From Marsupella aquatica (taxonomy: Eukaryota > Plantae > Marchantiophyta): DNA of 64,000 bases. The number at the start of each line of letters is the position of its first letter. The first letter of the stretch is position 1. The DNA is taken from assembly GCA_973895155.1 (NCBI GenBank), contig OZ316893.1:13532359-13596358 (forward strand), read 5' to 3'. The notes beneath the pieces were generated by a model, which saw nothing but the letters and a program-made list of their open reading frames with translations, was not told the origin of the DNA and did no database searches. Position numbers and translations under genes: made by a program. This document shows, piece by piece, positions 37,692 through 48,936 of the stretch.

Positions 37692-38941
37692 GTGAAAGTT
37701 TCCAATGACCAGTTTCCCATGACCACAATATTGTGGGTCAGGTGGAGTATTGGAACTGAACATTTTGTGAAGGTTAGGTTTTCCATTACCGCAGGTCAGG
37801 TGGTGGATTGGACCTCAGCAATTTATGAAAGGTTTTCATGACCATACTATTGTGGATCATGTAGCAGATAGGAACTCAACAGTTCATGAAGGCTTCCCTT
37901 GACCAAAATGTTGCGGGTCAAGTGGCGGATTGGAACTGACTCAGCAGTTCATGAAGGTTTACCATGACCAATGACCAGAATGTTGCAAGTCCGGTGGCAA
38001 ACTGAACTCAATGGTTCACAAAAAATGCTACCACCGCTGACTTGGGTGGTCAGTGCAAGAGCACCTAAAACCAGCATGTATCATGTAGCAGATCAGAACT
38101 CAGCAGTTCATGAAGGTTTCCCTTGACCAGAATGTTGCAGGTCAGGTGACAGATCGAAACTCAGCAGTTCAACCCATGACCAGAATGTTGTGGGTCAGGT
38201 GACGGATTGTGAAGGTTTCCCATTACCAAAATGTTGCAGGTAAGGTGGCGGATCGGAACTCAACAGTTTATGAAGGTTTCCCATGACCATAATGTTGTGG
38301 ATCAGGTGGCGGATTGGAACTCAACAGTTCATGAAGGTTTCCCATGACCACAATATATGTTGCGGGTTGGGTGGCAGATCGGAACTCATCAGTTCAAATG
38401 GTTTCCCATGACCAGAATGTTGTGGGTCAGGTGGCGGATTGGAACTCAACAGCTTGTGAAGGTTTCCTATGACCAAAATGTGGTGGGTTGAGTGGCGGAG
38501 CAAAACTCAACAGTTTGTGAAGGTTTACCATGACCAGAATGTTGCTGGTAGGGTGGCGGATCAGAACTTAGCAGTTTGTGAAGGTTTCCCATGACCAAAA
38601 TGTTGCAGGTCAGGTGGCGCATTGGAGCTCAACAGTTTGTGAAGGTTTCCCATGACCAGAATGTTGCAGCTCGGGTGGTGGATCAGAACTCAACAGTTCA
38701 TGAAGGTTTCCCATGACCATAATGTTACGGATCGGCTGGTGGATTGGAACTGAGCAGTTCATGAAGGTTTCCCATGACCAGGATGTTGCAGGTCAGGTGG
38801 CAGATTGGAACTGACTCAGCAGTTCATGAAGGTTTATCGTGACCAGAATGTTGCAAGTCGGGTGGCAGACTGAACTCAATGGTTCACAAATGCTACCACC
38901 ACTGACTCGGGTGGTCAGTGCAAGGGCACCAAAAACCAGCA
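37692..38941. repeat. 61-bp tandem array (~18 units) in two blocks that end in the same unique tail
   Basis: Consensus gaaggtttcccatgaccagaatgttgcaggtcaggtggcggattggaactcaacagttcat; ggttt recurs at 38461, 38522, 38583, 38644 (period 61). Tail ggttcacaaa..tgctaccacc.ctgact.gggtggtcagtgcaag.gcacc.aaaaccagca at 38013-38076 and 38881-38941. Confidence 0.93.
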
Positions 38942-39427
38942 CGCCACCATCTTGTCAAGGTACATCCAGGCATTTTTGCTTTGTTAGATACTATGGAATG
39001 TTTGCACATTTAGTTACTTAGCACTATGTATATCGACTCTGGAATGCTTCCTAGAGTGTTTCTACCCTCACTTTGCCTCCTTGAATGCATCAAATTCGGC
39101 ATCATCAATTCTTTGGTATGTATAAATATCAACCAGATCCATGACCAGAGGGTTGTGGTCAGGTTTGTGATCACAATAGGCTGAACACTGCACATTCTGA
39201 GTTGACAATTTTCATACAATATTCATGATGATAGAGTTTTACGTAAATCCTCTATTAACGAGTGAGTTAAGAGGGTAAAAAGAAAATTGAGCCATTGCAC
39301 AGGGTGAGTCTGCTTTTGGCAGCCGATCTAAAATACACTAGAGTAAAAGACAGAGCAAAAAAGGAAAAATGAACATCGGGGTGACAAGGACTAAGTCGCC
39401 CTCTGAACCTTGTAGGCATCCATAGCT

Positions 39428-39772
39428 TGTTAGGTATTTACTCAAGGTCTAGGGTTACGACATGTAACCGTAGTTAGGCTAACTATAGTCGGAGACGTGG
39501 TTAGGTTAACTAGGATGCACACTATATGTCAAGCGGTGTTTGCTTGGATAAGTGGAACTTAGGTTCATTGTTACGGAGCCACTTGAGAGATGAGGAGGGC
39601 TTACACTATGGAGACTTGGTATAGCTGACAACTTAGAGTTCAGTAACTTAGCTCTCTTGTGTGTTCTCGTGGATGTAGTCTCGAGGAGGTGAACCACGTA
39701 TTTCTTGTGTTGACTACTTGCACGTAGGATGTGTCATGTGCTTACCACTGTAATTGTCGTCTATGCTCAACA
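39428..39772 (+). mobile_element. Solo LTR, 345 bp, Copia-like, perfect 5-bp TSD TAGCT
   Basis: Starts TGTT, ends AACA; TAGCT at 39423-39427 and 39773-39777; internal cgtggatgtag...gaaccacgt..tcttgtgt motif typical of Copia LTRs. Confidence 0.92.
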
Positions 39773-40290
39773 TAGCTTCCAACAGTACAGCAAGGTCAAG
39801 GAGAAGTTGGGCAAGGTCCATCAGCAGAGCATCCTTCTTCAGCAAGGAGAGTGCAAGTAGCAGCAGCCCGAGTAGCAGCATCGATCAGGACCTTGTAGCA
39901 GCATCAAGGTGCAGCATAGAGGAGCAGCATCAATCAGAGGGGATTCACGTTGTTTCCCTAGAATAATATATTCGTTTTACTAGTTCACCCTGAGTTTTGA
40001 CTAAAAAGCCTTTTCATGCCCTATTTTTAAGGTAACTCACTTTTTAGAGTTACAAGTTGATGAGTCGTCTGTCTTTTCATGGGGTGCATTTATGGAAAAC
40101 TCCTCTAATAGGGTCTGAGAATATGGTCCGACAATACTGTCCCGGACTCATTTTTGGGCCCCCAACACAACAACCGAATAAACTTCAGTCAGTTATACTC
40201 TAACTTCTATCAAGCATGTCCTTTGCTATAAATAGGGCTTACATGAGGCTTGGGCTCCTCAAGTGTTGTGTAGTCCTTAGAGTCTGTTGA

Positions 40291-40420
40291 AAGGATTGGG
40301 GAAACACAATTTTTATTCAAGCTTCAATTTGAAAATGCAAATCTACATTTCATACAAGGATTGGGGAAACACAATTTTTATTCAAGCTTCAATTTGAAAA
40401 TGCAAATCTACATTTCATAC
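40291..40420. repeat. Perfect tandem duplication, 2 x 65 bp
   Basis: aaggattggggaaacacaatttttattcaagcttcaatttgaaaatgcaaatctacatttcatac at 40291 and 40356. Confidence 0.95.
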
Positions 40421-42174
40421 AGGTCTTTACTATTTTCATAAGTAGCCTAAGTACCAGTGCTTATGCACAGGAAGGTTTCATATATCCAAACCCTCCATGC
40501 TCATCCCTTCTCACTCACAAGCACAATCTAAATATCAAAATTTGTTATTACCAAATAAAATATAACCAATCGATTCATTTACGGTATAGCTACTGTAGGT
40601 CATGAGGTGTAGCCTTCAATCCCAAATTATTTTTTTAGCACTCAAGCTAGCAGTTGCCTCATAGCACCATTCCGTGACCATGTTACAACCTGCCTAAAGT
40701 CTATGCACACTGAAGGGGCCATGGTAGTTAATTGAACTCTAGTGTTTCTCAGGTCTGTGTCAAATAGGCTGTCTCAAAGCTTTGAAATTACTGATGATGG
40801 CTTTCATAAGGCTAAACACTATATAAGAGTATGTAATACACTTATCCACAAATGTATAAGATCCTTATCCCAAAATCTTTATTGACACCAAAACACCCAT
40901 TTTCATTTTTCCATAACATCCGCAAATACCCCACATGCAGGCGGGGAAAAAAATCACAGGATCAAGAGTCCGCAAAAAAGGCCAGAACACCAAGAGCACA
41001 AACCAACCCCAAAGGCCAAATAAAGCCAGGGCAGCCACAGAACAAAAACAAACTAGCACAACCCACAAACTGCTATCCCAGACAGGGGAAGGAAGAACCT
41101 CACAAGAAATAAAAGAAGGTCCAATCAAACAAGGGAAACCAAGGCCAAGCTGGAATATTCTAACAGGGCAGACAGAACCAGGGCACAAGCCCGCCTGATC
41201 ATTATCACCAGATGTTTGTAATTTTTTCTTATTATATTTTGTTGCATTTACGGAGTTTTAAGAGGGGTTATTTAGATTTACAAAGAACATAATCCTAAAT
41301 TGCTATCTAGAGAAGCATCAAACCTTAATCTGAACTTTATCATAAGTGCTTGTGATATTTCCATAGCTTATAATGTTGCCGACTTGCAGAGTTTGATTGG
41401 GATTTTTAGTTTTCAAAAAACCTAAGCCATAAATACCCTTATGGACAACTACAAACGCCTTCAACTTGCACTTATGAAGTAGTACAACCCATCTGTAAAT
41501 GCAGAGCTTGCCATGATAAGAACCTAAACCCTGAAAACTTATTAATAAGTACAAAGGTTGAAACCTTGCACCCATCTACAAGCGCATAGCTACATAGGAG
41601 TGCACTTATATAGAGCTCACTGTGGTTGGAAGCATGCTCTATTGAACTAGCCCAAATACCAGTGCTTATGTAAAGGAAGGGCTTCCTGGAACCAGATCCA
41701 TACCTATTCACAAACATAGTCTAATTGAATGAAAGTTCCTCTCGGCCCTTGGTCCATTCCTATTTTGAGTCATTTGCATTAAAAGTGAACCCACAAGTAC
41801 TCCATAATATCTGCTGTTGTCCAACATTTCTTTTTTCTGAAGTGCCCTCCTATTCAGTTCACATTTCTTGATTCTCCACTGGCAAGTCCCAACATTTTGA
41901 TTCAGAATTTGGGAGGGATGACACATGATTATGAAATCTGTAAGTTGAAATGGTAGAGTAATATCAGTACGCCAAAAATAAAAATGTCACACTGGGAGAC
42001 ATGGTCCCAAAGGCAAAGCAACCCAATAAAGGGAAAGAAAAATGGCCACAAGAAGACTAAAGGGGTCAAACAAGTCAAATGTCCCCCACAACAACAAAGG
42101 AACAAAAAACCAAAGAAGAGACTAAGACTAGCACAAGAGAGCCCAAAAAGACATACATCTATCTTAATGGGCAG

Positions 42175-42890
42175 CAAACTGAAATGTCTGGTATAGCTCC
42201 GGAGTGAACGGCATAGGAGGGTCACTGAGCAACATCTGTCTAGAGGTCTTAAAACCAACAGCCTCACCTTTACTTAGGATGGTGAAAGCTGGAGCTCGCT
42301 GAAGGGCAACGGACACCCTCTACCAAACTGAAATGCCTGGTATAGCTCCAGGCATAGCTCCAGGCATAGGAGGGTATCCGAGAAATCTGTTCAGAGGCCC
42401 TAAAACCAACAGCCTCAACTCTATGTAGGATGGTAAAGCCTGAGCTCGCTGAAGGGCAACTGACACCCTCTAGCAAGCTGATATGCCTGGTATAGCTCCA
42501 GAGTACACTGCATAGGAGGGTCTTGGAGCAGAATCTATTTGGAGGCCCTACAACCAACAGCCTCAACTCTTCCTAGGATGGTGAAAGCCTGAGCTTGCTG
42601 ATGGGCAATAAACACCCTCTACCAACCTGAAATGCCTAGTATAGCTCCAGAGTAAACTGCATAGGAGGGCCACAGAGGGGAATCTGTTTTAGATAACCAA
42701 GAGAGTCAACTCTACTTAGGATGGTGACTTAGGATGGTGAAACCGCATAGGAGCACCACATAGGGGAATCTGTTTAGAGTCCCTATAACCAAGAGCCTCA
42801 ACTCTACATAGGATGTGAAAGGAATCTATTTAGAGGCCCTAAAACCAAGAGCCTCAACTCTAGTTAGGATGGTGAAAGCTTGAGCAGCTG
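42175..42890. repeat. Tandem array, ~149 bp x ~5 (last copies truncated)
   Basis: ctgaaatgcctggtatagctcc...cataggaggg...aaccaacagcctcaactct...taggatggtgaaagc.tgagctcgctgaagggcaac recurs at ~42178, 42328, 42478, 42627. Confidence 0.9.
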
Positions 42891-45800
42891 ACGGACGAAG
42901 GCGAACAAATGGTGGATCTAGTACTGAAGATCATTGATTGCATGAAGTGGAAGTAACGTCAATTCGATTGAGTTGCAGGTCAATGTCTTCACGGAGACAT
43001 TTTGGAGGTCTGTGTCCCGTGTTTTTCTTGTATCATTTTCGCAGGATGGCAGGACATTCTAGCCAAGGGACTCGTTTTGTTGCAGATGTTGCTCAAGGTG
43101 TGGATTGCCCTCGATTCATTCTGGAAAAGACAGAACAAATGCGAGAGAGATCACCACTAGACACAGAGAATCACGCGTCGAGGTGAACCGGCAATGGATT
43201 GGCAAGCTATAGATGCCCAAAATACGATTTGTCTTCAAGGAGAGAAGTCAAAGTGTGATGCAGAATCCAGGCCTTCCCCTCCGGCTGGGTTTGGTGTTTC
43301 TCATGAGACTGCCATGGAAGTGGTAGCCGAGCACCTACATCAGCTGGCTCCTTCAGGAATTGAGGTTATTCCGCCCGGAGCCGTAGTGCCGAAGAAGATT
43401 GAGGAAGGCACTAGTGCACGAACGGCAGCTGGACCTCGGGTTTCAATTTCACCGAATCTTCCGAATTCAAGACCACTGGCTGGGGGAAAGGGGGAAACCA
43501 AGCCACAAGACCCAAAGAACAATCATGGAAGCAAACTACACATCGGGCTCATATGGATCCGAATTTGTCACCTCCCGAGAGAGACTTCTGGCTTAGCCGA
43601 AAGAAGCTCAAAAAGCTCGCTGTTTGACAAGGTAGCACTAGGGGTCCGGCAAATTACAAACAAATTGGAGTGCGGAGATACCCAACCTATAGACGGAAAC
43701 AAAAGAGCTCCAACGCGAGACCAACTTTCGGCAAGCTCACACCCCTGTTGTTTACAAAAGATTATATATGTTACAAATGCAAAAACATTAATGTTTACAA
43801 AATCATGTTTCAAAAACATGTGTTCAAAAATGTTCCCTCATCACTTGTCTCGTCTAGACTGACGGACAGCTAGCTCTGATGGAGAGCTCTGCGATATATG
43901 GATCGTTTAACTAATTGCGCACGACATGATCATCTCCAGAACTAGAAGGCTACAACCTAAGAAAGTATATGCAGCAGCAGCGTAAATAATGGCAACGATA
44001 CCGAGCGGGAGATAGATCAACATAAAGGGTAGTGCGAATCCGATGAATAGGAACGAAACTGGCCAGCTAATATCCATTGATCGAATTCTGGGTGACTTAC
44101 GCAGTCGGTGGCGTGCCGAGCCTCTTCCAGGACTAACAATGGACCGCCTGCAGCCAGCTGGGCTGCTCCAGCAGTCCAGCTGATTTTACCTTCACATTTG
44201 GTCGAAACGGAGATTACCTCAGGGCACGGAAGTCGACTTGAAACGGAACCACATCAGCGCGCACAATCGCGATAGTGACCTCCAATTTGTGTGATTACAA
44301 GTTTATAGACGTCCGTGGAGTTTCGGAGAAAAATGTCAAAACGTGAATCCAGAGAGTGAGAAACTTTCGATAGTGAAGTCACTCCAGGAATTTAAGATAC
44401 GAACGCCAGTGCCGGCAGCGAATATCAAGGATCATTATTTACGAACAACCAATCAACCTTCGTACTCTTGAATGAAATGAAACTGGGAACGTTTCTATGC
44501 AGGAGTGTAATGCAGCTCAACATAGTTCATCAGCTCCAGTAGCTCCACTCCTCAGCTCCACTCCGACTCACCCATCAACTGTGGCTCGACCCTGCACTTG
44601 GAGTCATTGCAATTATAGTTCAACTCCAAACCAATTCAGTCGACAATCTTTGGGAAACTAGTGAAGATCAAGCCTCCACAGCTTTGTCGCCGACTTGCTA
44701 GGGTTGCTTCAGCGTCGACCATACGGCGTGCGTAGTCTAGTTAGGCAGCCACGACTACCAACCATACCTCCAAGCCTGCCTGCATGTTTGCAATAATGAA
44801 GCATGGGTCGAGTCGGTGCCCAATCATACACTGTCTACTGTAGTGTGATAGTGTCGATCGAATTGGAGCTGGTGAGTTGCCTGCCCGTCAAATATTCGTT
44901 CACCACTGCTGGTCTTCACCACAGTATGGTCATGAACCTGATAGCCCCGGGCGCACGGTGGACTCCAATTTTCCTCCTATTGTTTCAAGTATAGGAGATT
45001 AGACTCGAGATTTCTCAACCGTCTAGTGGCCTCTTCCAACCCAACCTTTCAAGACTAACATTGACATTGAAAATTGAAAATTTGAAAGGTTCATTGGATT
45101 GGAAGGGGGTTCCAGGAGGGTTTCAAGAAAATTCGGATTTGGAAGAGATGGTCAAGAGGGTTGACATTGAACTCGCACCGCAGGTTGTAAACACCAAGAA
45201 GCAATCATCAATCAATCATATGGGAGAAGAGAGGACGAAAGAAGCACTCAATCAATCATAACAGAGAAGAGGAACGAACATATATAATCCACTGCCAAAA
45301 CACCCAACCGGGAGACACGATCCCGTAGGCATGAGACCTAATAGAGGAAGAGGAAAAAAGTAAAAAGGCCCGATGAAAAGGAGTTTGCAGGAGTCCAGAA
45401 CGAATCTCTGGGCTCGACCCGTACTCTGAGACCAAACCCAAATCAACTGGGGTCTCATGCAAGCCCTCCGGCGCTTCAGACAGCCTTTGTGATCGAGGCC
45501 TCACAGTGCATGGATGGACTGTCGTGGCTGGTAATCGAGAGCTTCAAGTAGTCAATTGGCAAAAAGACCAGGGCCAGATGTCCCTTCAGACAAACGAGGG
45601 AGATTTGAACACTGCAAGATGCCTGCATGCTGATTAGACTACAATGTGCAAGTGTCGCCTCCGCCATGAATTACGGACCTGCATGCCTACGAAATAAAGT
45701 AGGCATATATTGGAAATCCCCCAAATGCCCCAGCACAGTACTCATCAGGAGACTTTGACGGACGATGACGACGAAGTGACAAGATGCAGTACAATCAGTG

Positions 45801-46104
45801 ATCTGAAACTACTTTGGTACGAGTCGTCCCTCCAGTCCTCAAAAGTGACCCCCCTGCTTCGATTACGGCGTTCCCTGGCCGGTCAATAAAGTTTTCGGAT
45901 CCCACCGAACTCCGCTATGAGCTTCGCTGACTATCTTCTGGCCCGCCACTCCTATAGTAGGCTCGGGCGCCATCTTTGGCCTGTTCATCCACGCAATTTC
46001 CAGTCTACCATCAGCGTTTCATGTTTCTGAGACTGAATGATCGATGCACCTGGCTGATTCATATTCCCCTCTCCTGTGCGCATCAAAGGGGAAGGGGGAC
46101 AGCA

Positions 46105-46560
46105 GAGAAGGATCATTCCCCTTCAAGTCCACAAATTAGCGCCTGATCAAAGCGCAAATCAGCAGACCAACTGTTTTTACTGCCTTGAAAGAGCAGACCA
46201 ACTCTTCAGCTATGGAGACAGACGAAGGAAGGAGCATCATTCCCCTCCAAGTCCGCAAATTAGTGCCTAATCAAAGCGGAAATCAGCAGACCAACTCTTT
46301 TTTCTGCCTTGAAAGAGCAGACCAACTCTTCAGCTATGGGGACAGATGAAGGCAGGAGCATCATTCCCCTCCAAGTCCACAAATTAGTGCCTAATCATAG
46401 CGGAAATCAGCAGACCAACTATTTGTTCTGCCTTGAAACAGCAGACCAACTCTTCAGCTATGGAGACAGAGGAAATCAGCAGCATCATTCCCCTCCAATT
46501 CCACAAAACTAGTGCCTGATCAAAGCAGAAATCAGCAGACCGACTCATCAACTATTGAGG
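46105..46560. repeat. Tandem array, ~125 bp x ~3.6
   Basis: atcattcccctccaagtccacaaattagtgcct.atca.agcggaaatcagcagaccaac...gccttgaaagagcagaccaactcttcagctatgg repeated. Confidence 0.92.
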
Positions 46561-48316
46561 CAGACATCGTCCAGACCACCGGCAACAATTTCTGTCGATA
46601 AAGTTGCCTTCGAGCAATCGAACGTGGTGCAACAGAACTCGAATTGACAGTGATTTCATTTTTTCGGCCCCCAAATTTGTGCCCAAAAAGTGGTACTGGT
46701 GTGGATGACAAAATTAATAAATGGTATTGGTGTTATGCATGGTAACCCATCCGCAAGAGCTAATAATTGGATACAGTTTTTAATTACATTTCCACTAACG
46801 ATTTTCCTAATTTATAATATTGTCATTGTTGTATTATAAATATATCACAATTTTTGTATATATCTTAATTATTTTGTTAAAATTATCATCTTTATATGAA
46901 ACCATGGCATATTTGTAAATACAAAGAATTGAAACCATGGCATATTTATAAACACAAAGAAAATCATGGCAGTGTTATCAATTTTTAACACCTTTAGTGA
47001 CAAAGTAATTAAAAGTTATAATGAGATATAATACTTGTAGGCTGGTAACCATCCCCAAGAGGTGATAGTGTGATCTAATCCAAACGGTGGTGGTGAGCCT
47101 TACCGTTATAGCCCATTATCCCCAAGTGACTATGAGTCATTGAACATTAAGCCAAAGTATATTTGTGAACAATTCAGCTCATTTTTACTTTTACATTAAG
47201 AAATTCTCATCAATCACTATCTCCCATTTGCACCTTAGTGTATATATCTCTTTCAATTTTGAGAATCCCCAAGCCAGGGTTGGGCCAGGGTTCCATTGTT
47301 TTACCTTCGGTTAATGCCTCATAACCATGTATAAACATACAAAGAAAAACATTCACAAAGAGTTTAAGTAAGCTGCCATGGACCCTGTTTGCTGCCAAGG
47401 TCTTCCCAACTGTTCCAATCCACTTGTTGCAGTGTTACTACCATGCATTGAGTGGGTAAAAGGGGAAAAAAAGGGGGGGGGGGGGGGGGGAAGGAAAAAG
47501 TGGTACAGAATAATGCCCAATGACAACAGCATTTTTGCAACAAACCGAAGTGTCATATAACATCACTTTTGTACCAACAACCACCCAGTAAAACAACATC
47601 ACCTCCACAACCACAGTATGATCAAACAAATGACACCACCAAACTTCCACAACAATCACAACACTGCAATTGTGACAACCTGCTCACAATGGCGACACAA
47701 CAGCAATGATAATTATGCAACTTTCAGTTGGGCTTGTGAATACAATTAAATAAGGTAAGGATAAGATATAATTATGTAAATATGAGAACCATGTGCTTGG
47801 CCCCTTGAAAGGATCCATGTCCCAAACTCAGTTACAACACTAGTTATGAACCATTAGCTCATCACCCTTGAGCAGTACAACACCTTAAAATTTCAAGGCT
47901 ACCGTGGCCCCCCAAAAGCTCATTTGACCCCAAGGTAGGTGCACAGGTAGATCATCATCTCTTATTTTTGTTCCTCTTCTAAATTGTACATCCTGTCCTA
48001 AACCTGATCCGCTATCTCATTAGTGCAATTTCTACTCTGCATACAAAGGGCATAATTATCAATGAGTGTAAGTGATTTGACCAACTATTTGAGCAGTTGG
48101 ACACTTGCACCAGGTTTGGGAGTAATATATGTCTCGTTGTCAGCCCTTCTTGCACTTACAAATGCTGGAAAAATGGTCAAATATATCGAGAAGAATGGGA
48201 TGCCTTGCAATTAGTTAGGGTCTGCACGGAGTGTGCACTTCGAGAGCGCACAATTCTGGGTGTGAAAAATGCTCAGGCTATCATCGAAATCCTAAGGTCA
48301 AGTCCATCTGGACCTC

Positions 48317-48455
48317 AACTTCTCGTGGAGCACCTTCTGAGCATCAACATTTCTCTTGGAGCACATCTTAGCATGAACTTCTCGTGGAGCACCTTCTGAG
48401 CATCAACATTTCTCTTGGAGCACATCTTAGCATGAACTTCTTGTGGAGCATCTTC
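48317..48455. repeat. 59-bp tandem repeat x ~2.3, made of ~29-bp subunits, downstream of the VAD1-like stop
   Basis: aacttctcgtggagcaccttctgagcatcaacatttctcttggagcacatcttagcatg occurs twice exactly, plus a partial copy. Confidence 0.92.
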
Positions 48456-48936
48456 GCGACGGGCATATATGTGGAACTTTCCCTCAGACAAGAAGGCATC
48501 AGCTTCTCTTGAACATCTTCACGTGCAGCATATATGTAGATCAAACATTCCCTAGGAGGAGAAGGCATCAATTTCTCGTGGAGTGGAGTATGTCTGATTT
48601 ACATGCTCCACAGCAAGTAAATCAGACATTCCCTCAGAGGAAAAATGCTGTGCATTGCAGATTTGATACTCTGATTAGACAGCCCGGGGCAAATGCCGAA
48701 CTCCTATGACCAAGGTCGAGCACAAAATTGGGCCAAAGGATGGTTGCTTGGTAGACGGATTTGTCGACCCTTTCTCCACACAACAAAGTCCGAGAGGGAG
48801 AAATATCCATTGCACATGAATGCGGCGTTCCAGGATGCAACCAAACTATGGCACTGTGATTACAAAAGTTGCACTCCAATCGAATTCGTGTTATTCACAT
48901 TGACGTATCGAAACAATTCAATTTAATTCATCCAAG

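Noticed and set aside
37692-38941. Multi-CLE or repeat-peptide precursor (minus frame LSSNPPPDPQH resembles CLE PDPQHH)
   Set aside because: The period is 61 bp, so the frame shifts every unit; no signal peptide or long ORF.
37692-38941. CRISPR-like array
   Set aside because: Units are contiguous and homologous throughout, with no unique spacers or cas genes; eukaryotic context. The same applies to the arrays at 33.7, 42.2 and 46.1 kb.
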